DNA of 54,460 nucleotides from an uncultured Bacillales bacterium (GCA_946625285.1 CAMOSZ010000055.1:1-54460), one strand, 5' to 3'; positions 29,812-39,738 are shown, numbered from the stretch's first letter. Notes: generated from the sequence alone by a model not told the origin. Made by a program: numbers and translations.

Positions 29812-31193
29812 AAAAGAAAACTTATTACGACAAGTTAACTCAAAAGTATCAAAAAGATTTAATCAAAAGCTTATCTGAATTTGTCGCTATTGATTCAGTT
29901 CACGATGAAAGTACAGTAAGCGAAGAAAATCCTTTTGGTGTCGGTGTTTCTAACGCTCTTAAATATATTGAAAAATTAGCGAGAAACGACGGTTTTGAAG
30001 TAACTAACTACGACAATATGGTAGTGGAAATCCTTTTTGGCGAAGGAAAGAAAAACTTAACTATTATGGCTCACGCCGATGTCGTTCCTGCTGGAACAGG
30101 ATGGCAAGATCCTCCATTTAAGATGGTTGAAAAGAAGGGCATCTTATATGGACGTGGTGTTGCCGATGACAAAGGACCACTTTTAGCGACATATTACGCT
30201 ATGAAAGCTTTAAAAGAAGCTGGTCAACTAGGTGGATATCAAATTAGATTCCTTGTTGGAGGCAATGAAGAAAGAGGTTCCTTATGTATGGAACATTACT
30301 TCAAAACACTTAAAAAGCCTCAACCAACATTAGGTTTCTCTCCAGATAGTGACTTCCCACTTATCTATGCTGAAAAAGGTATTTATACCTTTAATATTCA
30401 TGGAAAGCTTAATGTACCTGGCTTAATTTCTATTGAAGGCGGAACTGCAAGTAACGCTGTTATTGAAAGATGCGAAGTGAAATTCGAACTCAATACTGAA
30501 TTCTTAAATTACATTCTTAATAACTACAAGAGAAGTGAAGCAGAAATTCATACTGCTGATGATGTCTCGACTATCATCTTTAAAGGCGTTGCAGCTCATG
30601 GCGCTCTTCCTGAACTCGGAGTTAACGCTGGTATGATGGCGATTTCTGCTTTAGCAGATTTCACTAAAGATCCAAAATTAATGCAAATTAAGAAATTATA
30701 TACACCTTTAGATGGAAGCGGCTATAAATGCGCTGGTACATCTAAAGATATGGGACATAATTCTTCTAACGTTGGACTTATTTCCTATAAAGGTGGAGAA
30801 TTCTCCTTAACATGCAACTTCCGTTATGTTGATACATGTAATAAAGAAGAACTATTAAGCACCATTAAAGAAGTTAATAAACCATTTGCGGTTAAAGTAG
30901 TAGGGGAATCTCCATTACTTTTCTACGCGAAAGATACATTACTCATTTCAACATTATTAAAGTCTTATCGTGATGAGACTGATGATTTAGAAACTGAACC
31001 TCTTGCTATTGGTGGAGGAACATACGCTAAAGAAGCAGATAATGTTGTTGCATTTGGTATGCAATTCCCAGGCTGGGAAAGCAATATGCACTCACCAGGA
31101 GAATCAACTAAAAAAGAAGATCTCTTTAAAGGTATGAGTGTTTACGCACGCGCTATCGTTGATTTAGGAAATAAACTTAAAGATGAGAACTAA
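29808..31193 (+). CDS. pepV: M20-family dipeptidase (PepV-like)
   Basis: Motifs MAHADVVPAG, RGVADDKGP and GGNEE, 461 aa. Confidence 0.85.
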   Translation: MKKKTYYDKLTQKYQKDLIKSLSEFVAIDSVHDESTVSEENPFGVGVSNALKYIEKLARNDGFEVTNYDNMVVEILFGEGKKNLTIMAHADVVPAGTGWQDPPFKMVEKKGILYGRGVADDKGPLLATYYAMKALKEAGQLGGYQIRFLVGGNEERGSLCMEHYFKTLKKPQPTLGFSPDSDFPLIYAEKGIYTFNIHGKLNVPGLISIEGGTASNAVIERCEVKFELNTEFLNYILNNYKRSEAEIHTADDVSTIIFKGVAAHGALPELGVNAGMMAISALADFTKDPKLMQIKKLYTPLDGSGYKCAGTSKDMGHNSSNVGLISYKGGEFSLTCNFRYVDTCNKEELLSTIKEVNKPFAVKVVGESPLLFYAKDTLLISTLLKSYRDETDDLETEPLAIGGGTYAKEADNVVAFGMQFPGWESNMHSPGESTKKEDLFKGMSVYARAIVDLGNKLKDEN

Positions 31194-31788
31194 ATTCAAA
31201 GCGTGGGCTAAGCCGTTTTTAGATGAACATCCTGAGATATCTCTTCCAGTAGAAGAATTATCTTCTTTAAATAATATTTATTTAGAGATTGGCTCAGGCA
31301 AAGGTGAATTCTTAATAAAGATGGCAAACAAGTTCCCTGAACTTAGTTTTATCGGAGTTGAAAAGAATGTCACATGCGCTGGAATAACAGCAAAGAAAAT
31401 GGTGGAAGCGGATGTTAAAAACGCGAAGTTAATTTACGCAGATGCGCAGCAACTTCTCCCAAACTTCAAAGATAGAAGCATTAAGACAATCTTTCTTAAC
31501 TTCTCTGATCCATGGCCGAAGAAAAGGCATCATAAAAGAAGATTAACAAGTGATTTATTCCTTAAGGAATATCATAGAGTCTTAGCGAAAGGCGGAAGAT
31601 TAATCTTCAAGACTGATAATTCTGACTTATTTAAAGATTCCTTAGAATATTTTGAAAATTCATCATTTAAATTAATTAGCTATACCGAGAATTATCTTGG
31701 TGATGACGAATTTGATACATCAACTGAATACGAAGAATTTTTTAGGAAAGAGGGAACTCCAATTAAGAGAGTTATTTACGAAAAATGA
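31183..31788 (+). CDS. trmB: tRNA (guanine46-N7)-methyltransferase
   Basis: SAM motif LEIGSGKGEF and NFSDPWPKKRHHKRRL. Confidence 0.9.
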   Translation: MRTKFKAWAKPFLDEHPEISLPVEELSSLNNIYLEIGSGKGEFLIKMANKFPELSFIGVEKNVTCAGITAKKMVEADVKNAKLIYADAQQLLPNFKDRSIKTIFLNFSDPWPKKRHHKRRLTSDLFLKEYHRVLAKGGRLIFKTDNSDLFKDSLEYFENSSFKLISYTENYLGDDEFDTSTEYEEFFRKEGTPIKRVIYEK

Positions 31789-32267
31789 TTAAGAACTACG
31801 GTATTTTTAACAATCACGAACTCGACAATACTTTGCTAATCAAACTTTCTGATGATGAAGTAACTTCAGTGGTATCACTAAGTAAGCAGATGGAGGTCTT
31901 ATATCATAACGAAGAGATTACTGCTTATCGCATAAAGAACTTTATCCGATATGCGAAAATCAAATATTCAGGAATTATCTTCCTTCCTGCTGATCCGTTA
32001 ATCGATGTCATTAATTCGATATTAACCGACCATAAACTTAATCGCCTCGATTACAAAAAAGAAAGCGGTTATATCACTAAACTAAATAAAGGCCATCTCA
32101 TGGTCTACGCAAAAGAAGGAACATTCTTAAGAGATGGAACTGTCTCTAAAGGAAGGTTCTGCTCATATCATGATTTGTTCATTGAAAATGAAAAAGAAAA
32201 CGAACTAATCGAAATAACTGAGAATATCCCAGAAAACATTGATTTCTTCAAGATGGAGGTCATCTAA
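31785..32267 (+). CDS. YtpR-like protein (DUF4479 N-domain plus degenerate tRNA-binding-like C-domain), tentative
   Basis: N-terminus FNNHELDNTLLIKL resembles the YtpR family, and C-terminal GRFCSYHDLFI resembles the tRNA_bind GMLCS..EL motif. This rests on pattern recollection only. Confidence 0.4.
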   Translation: MIKNYGIFNNHELDNTLLIKLSDDEVTSVVSLSKQMEVLYHNEEITAYRIKNFIRYAKIKYSGIIFLPADPLIDVINSILTDHKLNRLDYKKESGYITKLNKGHLMVYAKEGTFLRDGTVSKGRFCSYHDLFIENEKENELIEITENIPENIDFFKMEVI

Positions 32268-32268
32268 T

Positions 32269-33366
32269 ATGCTTGAAATTGAACTTAAAAAACAAGGCAA
32301 AATCTCACGCCTTACAAATAAAACATTCCAATTTGAAAAAGAATTAGGAGAAGGCTTTTACGCTGCTAATTACTTTTTAAAAAGTAATAAAATCGTTAAA
32401 GAACATGTTCCTAACCATATTGTTACCATGCAATGGTTCCAAAGAAGGGATGACGCTATGCTTTGTGGAATTGATGAAGCAATCGCTGTAATTCATACTT
32501 ACGCTATTCATCCTGAAGAATTAGTGATTGAAGCGCTTAATGATGGAGATATTATCGATAACATGGAACCAGTTCTTAAAGTTACTGGTAAATACGAAAA
32601 CTTTGGATTCTTAGAAAGCGTAATTGATGGCATCTTAGCAAGAAGAACTAGCGTTGCCACTAATGTTAGAGAGGTCTTAAAAGTTGCAGGAAATACTCCT
32701 GTATTTTCTATGGCAGACCGTCAAGATGATTATCACACTCAAGTTGGTGATGGTTATGCTACTTATGTTGCAGGTATTGACCGCGTTAGCACCGATGCTC
32801 AAGGCAAGTGGTGGGGTGGAAAAGGTATGGGAACTATGCCACATGCCTTAATCCAAGTTTGTGGTGGTGATGTTATTAAAGCTGCTCAAATCTATCACGA
32901 GACATTCCCAAATGAAAAAGTAACTGCCTTAATTGATTATAATAACGATGTTGTTACTGATTCATTAAAACTTGCTAGAGTTCTTAAAACCAATCTTAAT
33001 GGAGTTCGTATTGATACTTCTAAGGCATTAATTGATCACTATTTTGATGACAAAGATACATCTGGATTTGATCCTCATGGAGTTTGTAAAGAGCTAGTTT
33101 TTGCTCTTAGAGAAGCTTTGGATAAAGAAGGATTTAACTATGTTAAAATCATCGTTTCTTGTTCCTTTAACGCTCAAAAGATTAAAGAGTGGAATGAATT
33201 AAAGGTTCCAGTGGATTTATACGGTGTTGGCACTTACTTTGTCAATAACACAACTTGTGGATTTACTGGTGACTTAGTTATGCTTGATGGCAAACCACAA
33301 GCAAAAGAAGGCAGAGCAAACTACCCATCTAAGAGACTTAAAAAAGTCCTTTATCCAATTTATTAA
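32269..33366 (+). CDS. Nicotinate phosphoribosyltransferase family protein (type II PRTase)
   Basis: Motifs GTMPHALIQ and RIDTS. I place the start at ATG 32269 (GGAGG upstream) rather than the ORF-track 32239. Confidence 0.75.
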   Translation: MLEIELKKQGKISRLTNKTFQFEKELGEGFYAANYFLKSNKIVKEHVPNHIVTMQWFQRRDDAMLCGIDEAIAVIHTYAIHPEELVIEALNDGDIIDNMEPVLKVTGKYENFGFLESVIDGILARRTSVATNVREVLKVAGNTPVFSMADRQDDYHTQVGDGYATYVAGIDRVSTDAQGKWWGGKGMGTMPHALIQVCGGDVIKAAQIYHETFPNEKVTALIDYNNDVVTDSLKLARVLKTNLNGVRIDTSKALIDHYFDDKDTSGFDPHGVCKELVFALREALDKEGFNYVKIIVSCSFNAQKIKEWNELKVPVDLYGVGTYFVNNTTCGFTGDLVMLDGKPQAKEGRANYPSKRLKKVLYPIY

Positions 33367-33379
33367 TATAAAAGGATAT

Positions 33380-33404
33380 AAAAAATAGCCACTGGCTATT
33401 TTTT
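33380..33404. terminator. Bidirectional intrinsic terminator
   Basis: A-run, then ATAGCC ACT GGCTAT (33385-33399), then a T-run. The tyrS stop codon (33396-33398) lies inside the 3' arm. Confidence 0.75.
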
Positions 33405-34589
33405 GTTTACCTTAAGGAATACTTTCTTTCCCTTTTTAATCTTGCGAGGCGAAGTGATATCAATCATTTCGTTTGGATTTGTAATCTTTTCTCCATCGAC
33501 TGAGACACCACCTTGTTCGATAAGTCTTCTTGCTTCGCTTTTAGAAGCGCATAATGTGGACGCTACCAATAAGTCAGTAATAGTGTATTCGCTAAGATCT
33601 AATTCACAAGAAGGCATATTTTCATCATTTCCTTCACCAGAGAATAGACTTCTTACAGCTGCTAACACTTTATTAGCCTCTTCTTCGCCGTGAACTAACT
33701 TAGTCAATTCATAAGCAAGAATTTCTTTTTTCTCGTTAATTCTGCTATCATCCCAAGATGCAATTTCATTAATTCTATCTAGTGATAGGAATGTTAATAG
33801 TTTGAAACATTTGATAACATCTGCATCTTCAATATTTCTCCAATATTGGAAGAATTCGAATGGTGTAGTTTTATTTGGATCTAGCCAAACTGCTCCGTTA
33901 GCGGTTTTACCCATTTTCTTTCCTTCACTATTAAGGAGAAGGGTGATGGTCATCGCGTAAGCGTCTTTGCCAGTTTTCTTTCTAATTAATTCAGTACCTG
34001 CAAGCATATTTGACCATTGATCATCGCCACCGAATTGCATGTTACATCCATAGTGTTGATTTAAGTAATAGAAGTCATAAGCTTGCATAATCATGTAGTT
34101 GAATTCTAAGAAGGAGAGACCTTTTTCCATTCTTTGCTTATAGCATTCCGCTCTTAACATATTGTTAACAGAGAAGTGTGGGCCGACATCTCTAAGGAAT
34201 TCAACATAGTTGAGATTAAGTAACCAGTCTTTATTGTTAACGACGATTGCTTTATTGAAATCGATGAATCTCGACATTTGTTTTTTGAAGCATTCGACGT
34301 TGTGATCGATTTGTTCTTCATCCATCATTTTTCTTAAGTCACTTCTTCCTGATGGATCTCCAACATGGCCTGTTCCTCCACCTAATAATACAACTGGAGT
34401 ATTACCTGCCATTTGGAGTCTTTTCATTAAGCATAACGCCATGAAGTGACCAACGTGTAATGAATCAGCAGTAGGATCGAAACCAATATAAAATTTAGCG
34501 TTACCATTGTTAATTAGTTCACGAATTTCTTTTTCATCAGTAACTTGAGCAATTAAGCCTCTAGCTTGTAACTCTTCATATATGCCCAT
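33396..34589 (-). CDS. tyrS: Tyrosyl-tRNA synthetase
   Basis: HVGH and KMGKT (KMSKS) motifs, and a C-terminal S4-like domain. Confidence 0.97.
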   Translation of the reverse strand: MGIYEELQARGLIAQVTDEKEIRELINNGNAKFYIGFDPTADSLHVGHFMALCLMKRLQMAGNTPVVLLGGGTGHVGDPSGRSDLRKMMDEEQIDHNVECFKKQMSRFIDFNKAIVVNNKDWLLNLNYVEFLRDVGPHFSVNNMLRAECYKQRMEKGLSFLEFNYMIMQAYDFYYLNQHYGCNMQFGGDDQWSNMLAGTELIRKKTGKDAYAMTITLLLNSEGKKMGKTANGAVWLDPNKTTPFEFFQYWRNIEDADVIKCFKLLTFLSLDRINEIASWDDSRINEKKEILAYELTKLVHGEEEANKVLAAVRSLFSGEGNDENMPSCELDLSEYTITDLLVASTLCASKSEARRLIEQGGVSVDGEKITNPNEMIDITSPRKIKKGKKVFLKVNKK

Positions 34590-34643
34590 ATTATGAGTCC
34601 TCCTACTATGTAGAAATATAGCATAATTTTATATAAACATAAA

Positions 34644-34670
34644 GAAAAAAGACCCACATAAGTGAGTCTT
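34644..34670 (-). terminator. Intrinsic terminator after rpsD
   Basis: Minus strand reads AAGACTCAC TTAT GTGGGTCTT followed by TTTTTT. Confidence 0.7.
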
Positions 34671-34687
34671 TTGCGTAATGCATGATA

Positions 34688-35293
34688 TTAGAGTTTACGG
34701 TTGTAGTATTCAACGATTTGTGATTCGGTGATTTGTTGAGTTAATTCACTACGTTCTGGTTCTCTAATGTATTTACCTGAGAAGTTAGCAGCGTCAACTT
34801 CGACCCAACCAACTTTAGTTGCGATGGATTCGAGTGATTCTTTGATAACTTTCATATCTCTGTCGCCTTCCTTAACGGAGATGACATCATTGAGAGAACA
34901 TAAGTAAGATGGAATATCAACTTTTTTACCGTTAACTTCGATGTGTCCGTGATTGACGAGTTGTCTAGCACCTTTACGAGTACGGGCGAAACCCATACGG
35001 TAGACGAGGTTATCTAAACGGGATTCGAGTAATTTCATAAATGCGAAACCAGTAACTTCTTTACTAGATAAAGCAATCATGAATAATCTTCTGAATTGTC
35101 TTTCGTTGACACCATACATTTGTCTTAGTTTTTGTTTTTCAACTAATTGCTTACCATATTCAGATGGTTTTTTCTTACGAGAAGCTCCGTGTTGACCAGG
35201 TCCATATGGACGTTTTTGGAGTTCCTTGTTTGTTTCAAGAGTTGAAAAGCCTAATCTACGACTTCTTTTCCAGTCTGATCCAGTATATCTCAT
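34688..35293 (-). CDS. rpsD: 30S ribosomal protein S4
   Basis: MRYTGSDWKRSRRLGFS... I place the start at ATG 35291-35293 (SD GAAAGGAAG), not the ORF-track 35341. Confidence 0.95.
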   Translation of the reverse strand: MRYTGSDWKRSRRLGFSTLETNKELQKRPYGPGQHGASRKKKPSEYGKQLVEKQKLRQMYGVNERQFRRLFMIALSSKEVTGFAFMKLLESRLDNLVYRMGFARTRKGARQLVNHGHIEVNGKKVDIPSYLCSLNDVISVKEGDRDMKVIKESLESIATKVGWVEVDAANFSGKYIREPERSELTQQITESQIVEYYNRKL

Positions 35294-35454
35294 GACTTCG
35301 TACTTCCTTTCTTTATTTTTTGCAAAATAATGAATAGGCATAAATTCCTTGCCTCGGGTGTTTGATTTTGTTTCGCCATTGTAGCTTAGGTTACTCCGTT
35401 ACAGCCGTATCAAACATCAGACAGGTAGTATTTATGTGCTGCATTACATGCAGT
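35294..35454 (-). promoter_or_regulatory. Structured rpsD 5' leader, candidate S4 autoregulatory element
   Basis: A leader of about 160 nt that is richer in G+C than its surroundings. It has a 5'-terminal hairpin CTGCAT GTA ATGCAG (35439-35453) and an 8-bp long-range complement between 35409-35416 and 35359-35366 (TGTTTGAT / ATCAAACA). Confidence 0.5.
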
Positions 35455-35458
35455 AAAT

Positions 35459-35487
35459 AATATACAGGATTAAAATCATTCATACAA
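35459..35487 (-). promoter_or_regulatory. Promoter candidate for rpsD
   Basis: Minus strand: TTGTAT (35482-35487), 17-nt spacer, TATATT (35459-35464). Confidence 0.5.
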
Positions 35488-35678
35488 TAAAAAAATTAAA
35501 TATTTTTTCAAAAGTTCTTAAAGCAAGAAAATAGTGGAGAAAAATTAGAAAAAATAATCTTCATAAAATAACCTACTAAAGTTAAAATATTTAATCAAAA
35601 AATGATGAAGATAAACGCAGTGTATTTTTGCTTATTTTGATTTTAATTCAAAATAGGTTTTCTCCTCGTTTTCATTTT

Positions 35679-35686
35679 TGTATAAT
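35679..35686 (+). promoter_or_regulatory. Extended -10 promoter element for ezrA
   Basis: TGTATAAT about 40 nt upstream of the ezrA ATG. The -35 element is weak. Confidence 0.45.
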
Positions 35687-35724
35687 ATACTTGATTAATC
35701 TTTGATTAAGTTGGAGGTATTAGT

Positions 35725-37437
35725 ATGCTCATATTCCTCGGTTTAAATGAAACTGTCCTTATTGTAGTCGCTTCTGTTATAGTGGCTACTGTTCTTGGAA
35801 TACTCCTTTATTTCTTTGTTATTTCAAGATTCAAATTCCGTAAGCAAGTTAGCAATTTAGAGAAGCAATTCTCGCATTGTGATGCTTTATTATTAGGACA
35901 AGATACCCAATATATCCATAGACTAGAGATTATCTCTAGAACCAACCTTTTATACTTATCAAAATATGAGCAATTTTATCGTAGATTTAAATCAATTCAC
36001 GATAATGAAGATGCCTATGCTGATTCAATTTTAAAACAATTGAAGTCTCTTTTAGCTGCAAAGCAATATAAGAATATTAAGTCTGTTATTAGCGAAGCTA
36101 AGAAAGCAGTGGAGAATTTAACTGAAAGTGTTAACAACTTAGACCATGATCTTTACGAAGTAATTAAGCTAGAAGAAGATTGTAGAAGAACAATTGATCA
36201 CTTGCGTGAAGTATATCGCCATGTTAAACAAACTTATTATTCCGAGAGTAATGATCTTGAAATGGTTGCTGCAACATTTAATAAAATGTTCGATAAAATT
36301 GATTCTTCCTTTGCAAGATTTGATGAACAATTAGAAGGCGCTGAATACGAAGAAATTAATTCAGAAGCTGCTTCACTTAATAGTGTTCTTACTGCTCTTG
36401 GACATGTTCTTATTGAACTTCCAAAACTTTGTAAAACAATTAAAACCGATATTCCTGAAGCACTTACTTCACTTCAAAATAAATACAAAGAAACCGAAAA
36501 ACAAGGCGTCCCTCTTTACCATTTATCTTTCAAAAATCACATTGAAGAATGGAAGAAAAAAATCCAAGAAATTAGCAAGAGGATTATTAACCTTCAAATT
36601 GGTGGTGTCAATTCAGAGTTAGAACTCATTCTCGTGGAAATTGATTCAATGAGACAAAAACTCGATGATGAAGTTACTGCTCGTGATTATTTCAGAGAGC
36701 ATTACGATTTCGTATACCAATCAGTGAACAATGTTGAAAAGGTATTTTTACGTATTTGTGCGTTGTTACCTGAAATTAAAAACATCTACATTATTTCTCC
36801 AACCGAAATTGAAAAAATCGATTCGTTAGGAAAGTCAGTTGATGATTTAGGAAACTCTAAGAGATATTTGGATGGCTTCGTTCATAGTGGAACACGCCAA
36901 CCATATTCACTTCTTAAATCCAAACTTGATGAACTAGAAGCAAACTATAGTATTGTCAATAAAGGCGTTACTAATTTCAAAATGTACATTGACTCTTTAA
37001 AGAGCACTGCTGAAGAAGCATATAACATGATTTCAGTTTATTACTATCAAGTTAAGGAAGCTGAAAGAGCGTTAGATGAAGTGAATATTGAATCCTTCTC
37101 TTCTCTTTATAGAGAAAAAATTGAAGCTGTTTTTGAAGTCCTTAACGATATTTATCAAGGCGTTCAGACTAAGCCAATTGATGTTGAAGACATCAACAAC
37201 AAAATTACCAACCTTAAAAACATTGCAAACCCAATGTTTGAAGATATTGAAAATAAAACACGTAACGCGAAAGTGGCAGAAAGATCTTTGGTCATCCTTA
37301 ACCGTGATCGTGATGAACAAGATATTAACCACACCGTAAATCAACTTGAGATTGGATTCCAAAAAGGTGATTTTCAAAGTGTTTATTCTCAAGCCAATTC
37401 CTTATACAAGAATCGTCACTTAGATAATGAAAATTAA
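35725..37437 (+). CDS. ezrA: Septation ring formation regulator EzrA-like protein
   Basis: Single N-terminal TM helix and about 540 aa of coiled coil. Local similarity to B. subtilis EzrA (LPKLCKTIKTDIPEALTSLQNKYKETEKQG vs VPKLLADCKQTVPGQIAKLKDGYGEMKEKG). Bacillus-like neighbourhood ezrA..nifZ-thiI. Confidence 0.75.
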   Translation: MLIFLGLNETVLIVVASVIVATVLGILLYFFVISRFKFRKQVSNLEKQFSHCDALLLGQDTQYIHRLEIISRTNLLYLSKYEQFYRRFKSIHDNEDAYADSILKQLKSLLAAKQYKNIKSVISEAKKAVENLTESVNNLDHDLYEVIKLEEDCRRTIDHLREVYRHVKQTYYSESNDLEMVAATFNKMFDKIDSSFARFDEQLEGAEYEEINSEAASLNSVLTALGHVLIELPKLCKTIKTDIPEALTSLQNKYKETEKQGVPLYHLSFKNHIEEWKKKIQEISKRIINLQIGGVNSELELILVEIDSMRQKLDDEVTARDYFREHYDFVYQSVNNVEKVFLRICALLPEIKNIYIISPTEIEKIDSLGKSVDDLGNSKRYLDGFVHSGTRQPYSLLKSKLDELEANYSIVNKGVTNFKMYIDSLKSTAEEAYNMISVYYYQVKEAERALDEVNIESFSSLYREKIEAVFEVLNDIYQGVQTKPIDVEDINNKITNLKNIANPMFEDIENKTRNAKVAERSLVILNRDRDEQDINHTVNQLEIGFQKGDFQSVYSQANSLYKNRHLDNEN

Positions 37438-38581
37438 TAATAGCAAATTGATATATTTAGATAATGCTTCTACTACAAAAGTAAACGAAGAAGTTTTAAA
37501 AGTGTATAACGACACACATGTCGTTTATTTTGCAAATCCATCTTCAATTCATAAAGAAGGGCAGAAGTCTTTTTACTTATTAAATAGAAGCAAAGAAGAA
37601 ATCTTAAGATTATTTAATCTTAAAGACCATGAAGTTATCTATCTTTCTGGCGCTACAGAAGCTAATAATTTGGCAGTTAAAGGAGTGGCATTAAGATACA
37701 AAAATCGTGGTGATCATCTCATCACAACCGCATATGAGCACCCTTCAATTTTAGAAGCATATGCTCAATTAGAAAAAGAATTTGGATTTAAAGTAACTTA
37801 TCTTAAACCGAATAAAGATGGAATAATCACTTCCCAAATGGTTGAAGCTGCGATGACTGATAAAACAACATTAGTCTCTATTATGGCGGTGAATAACGAG
37901 ATAGGCGCTGTTAATCCAATCGAAGATATTTCTAGATTATTAGAAAAATATCCAAAAGCAATATTCCATGTTGATGCTTGCCAAGCAATTGGAAAGTTAG
38001 AGAAAGAAATCAATTATTCCAAAGTTGATTTATTAACAATCTCTGGTCATAAAATCCATGGATTAGTTGGATTTGGAGCCTTAATCAAAAAGAAAAAAAT
38101 TGAATTATTACCTCTAAATAGTGGCGGAGGACAAGAATATGGTTATCGAAGCGGAACCGAAGATCTTGCTAATGCAAATGCATTAGTTAAAGCAGTTCAA
38201 CTCGCTCTTAAAGATGAAAAGAAAAATTATAATCATGTAAAAGAAATGGCGGACAAACTTCTATCTTACTTGAGAAACAAACCAGAATTATATGAATTAA
38301 ATGTTCCAACAGTTGTTAATCCTTATATCATTAACTTCTCTACGATTTCTAAAAAAGGAAGTGTCGTTGTGGAAGCATTAAGTAACAACAATATAATGGT
38401 GTCTTCAACTAGTGCATGCCATTCTTCTAAAGAAAAAGGAAGCTATGTTGTTGCTTCTTTAGGGAAAGGTGAAAAAGCTATTAATAACACTATTAGAGTG
38501 TCGTTAGATAGCAGTAACACAATAGAAGAAATAGATACATTTGTATCTATATTAGATGAAATAATTGGAGAAATTCGATGA
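37427..38581 (+). CDS. nifZ: Cysteine desulfurase (class V aminotransferase, NifZ/IscS-like partner of ThiI)
   Basis: PLP Lys motif SGHKIHG and the active-site Cys in SSTSACHS. Overlaps both ezrA and thiI. Confidence 0.88.
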   Translation: MKINNSKLIYLDNASTTKVNEEVLKVYNDTHVVYFANPSSIHKEGQKSFYLLNRSKEEILRLFNLKDHEVIYLSGATEANNLAVKGVALRYKNRGDHLITTAYEHPSILEAYAQLEKEFGFKVTYLKPNKDGIITSQMVEAAMTDKTTLVSIMAVNNEIGAVNPIEDISRLLEKYPKAIFHVDACQAIGKLEKEINYSKVDLLTISGHKIHGLVGFGALIKKKKIELLPLNSGGGQEYGYRSGTEDLANANALVKAVQLALKDEKKNYNHVKEMADKLLSYLRNKPELYELNVPTVVNPYIINFSTISKKGSVVVEALSNNNIMVSSTSACHSSKEKGSYVVASLGKGEKAINNTIRVSLDSSNTIEEIDTFVSILDEIIGEIR

Positions 38582-39738
38582 TATATTACGATTATATAAT
38601 GATAAGATTTGGTGAATTATCCACCAAAGGAAAGAACAAGCAAGACTTTATCCATAGACTCTATTTAAACATCAAACATGCTTTAAAAGATTTCGATGGT
38701 TTAGAAATTGAATCTAGATATGATCACATCTATGTTCACCTTAATGGACAAGATCATGAACCAGTAGTGGCAAGACTTCAAGATGTTAGCGGTATCCAAG
38801 GTCTATCCTTAGTTCATAAAGTTGAAAATGATATCGAAGTAATTAAGAAAGCTTCTTTAGAGCTAATCAAGCTTGAAGAAGGTAAAACCTTTAAAGTCAA
38901 ATGTAAGAGGAGCAATAAAAAATTCCCTCTTATTTCTGATGACATCATTCGTCAAGTCGCTCCTGTTATTTTAAGAAACACTGATTTAAGTGTTGATGTC
39001 CATAATCCAGATATCTTACTTCAAATTGAAGTAAGAGAAGAAGGAACTTATATCTTCGTTAAGACGTATGAAGGCGCGGGCGGATATCCTTTAGGTGTTG
39101 GCGGAAAATCAATGCATATGCTTTCCGGTGGTATTGATTCTCCAGTAGCGGCGTATCTATTAATGAGAAGAGGAGTCAAAATTGAATGTATCCATTTTGC
39201 TTCCCCTCCATACACTCAAGAAGCTGTTATTTATAAACTTGAAGATTTATTGCATAAATTAAATAGATATCAACCAGAAATTAGACTCAATATTGTTCCA
39301 TTTACTAAGATCCAAGAAGCAATATACGATAACGCTCCTGAAAGCTATTGCATCACACTTATGAGAAGGATGATGTATCGTTTAGCGGATCGACTCGCTA
39401 GACGTAGAAAATGTCCAGTTATCAGTAGTGGTGAATCAGTAGGGCAAGTAGCAAGTCAAACACTTCAATCAATTAATGTAATTAATGAAGTAACTAACTT
39501 ACCAGTTATTCGTCCATGTGCAACAATGGATAAGTTAGAGATTATCCAAATCAGTAAGAAAATTGATACTTATGAGATTTCAATTAGACCTTACGAAGAT
39601 TGTTGCACAATCTTTACTCCAAAAGCACCTAAGACTGCTCCTCAATTAAATGAGGCAAAATCATTTGAAGAAAAATTTGATTTCGATTCAATGATTGAAG
39701 AAGCTCTTAATAACATTGAAGTTAAAATAATTCAATAA
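38578..39738 (+). CDS. thiI: tRNA 4-thiouridine(8) synthase ThiI (no rhodanese domain)
   Basis: IRFGELSTKGKN N-terminus, THUMP region, and PP-loop SGGIDSPVA. Confidence 0.92.
   Translation: MIYYDYIMIRFGELSTKGKNKQDFIHRLYLNIKHALKDFDGLEIESRYDHIYVHLNGQDHEPVVARLQDVSGIQGLSLVHKVENDIEVIKKASLELIKLEEGKTFKVKCKRSNKKFPLISDDIIRQVAPVILRNTDLSVDVHNPDILLQIEVREEGTYIFVKTYEGAGGYPLGVGGKSMHMLSGGIDSPVAAYLLMRRGVKIECIHFASPPYTQEAVIYKLEDLLHKLNRYQPEIRLNIVPFTKIQEAIYDNAPESYCITLMRRMMYRLADRLARRRKCPVISSGESVGQVASQTLQSINVINEVTNLPVIRPCATMDKLEIIQISKKIDTYEISIRPYEDCCTIFTPKAPKTAPQLNEAKSFEEKFDFDSMIEEALNNIEVKIIQ

Noticed and set aside
35294-35341. Longer rpsD start at 35341, and similar upstream starts at 45287 (pfkA), 32239 (NAPRTase) and 45550 (dnaB, TTG).
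   Set aside because: The downstream ATGs have proper SDs at 6-9 nt and give the conserved N-termini (MRYTGSDWK, MIRRIAVLTSGGD, MLEIELKK, MVILSQND).
35488-35678. Long AT-rich spacer between the rpsD promoter and the ezrA promoter, examined for a small gene or sRNA.
   Set aside because: It holds only 10-12 codon ORFs without an SD (e.g. ATGATGAAG... on plus, ATGAAAACGAGG... on minus). There are no stable hairpins or terminator, and the short inverted AT motifs are expected by chance at this composition.
37072-37392. Antisense and alternate-frame ORFs of 60 aa or more inside large genes (e.g. 37072-37392, 1852-2109, 5536-5832, 23867-24244, 51922-52194).
   Set aside because: All lie within strongly supported conserved genes, lack an SD, and have low-complexity or hydrophobic translations typical of AT-rich shadow frames.
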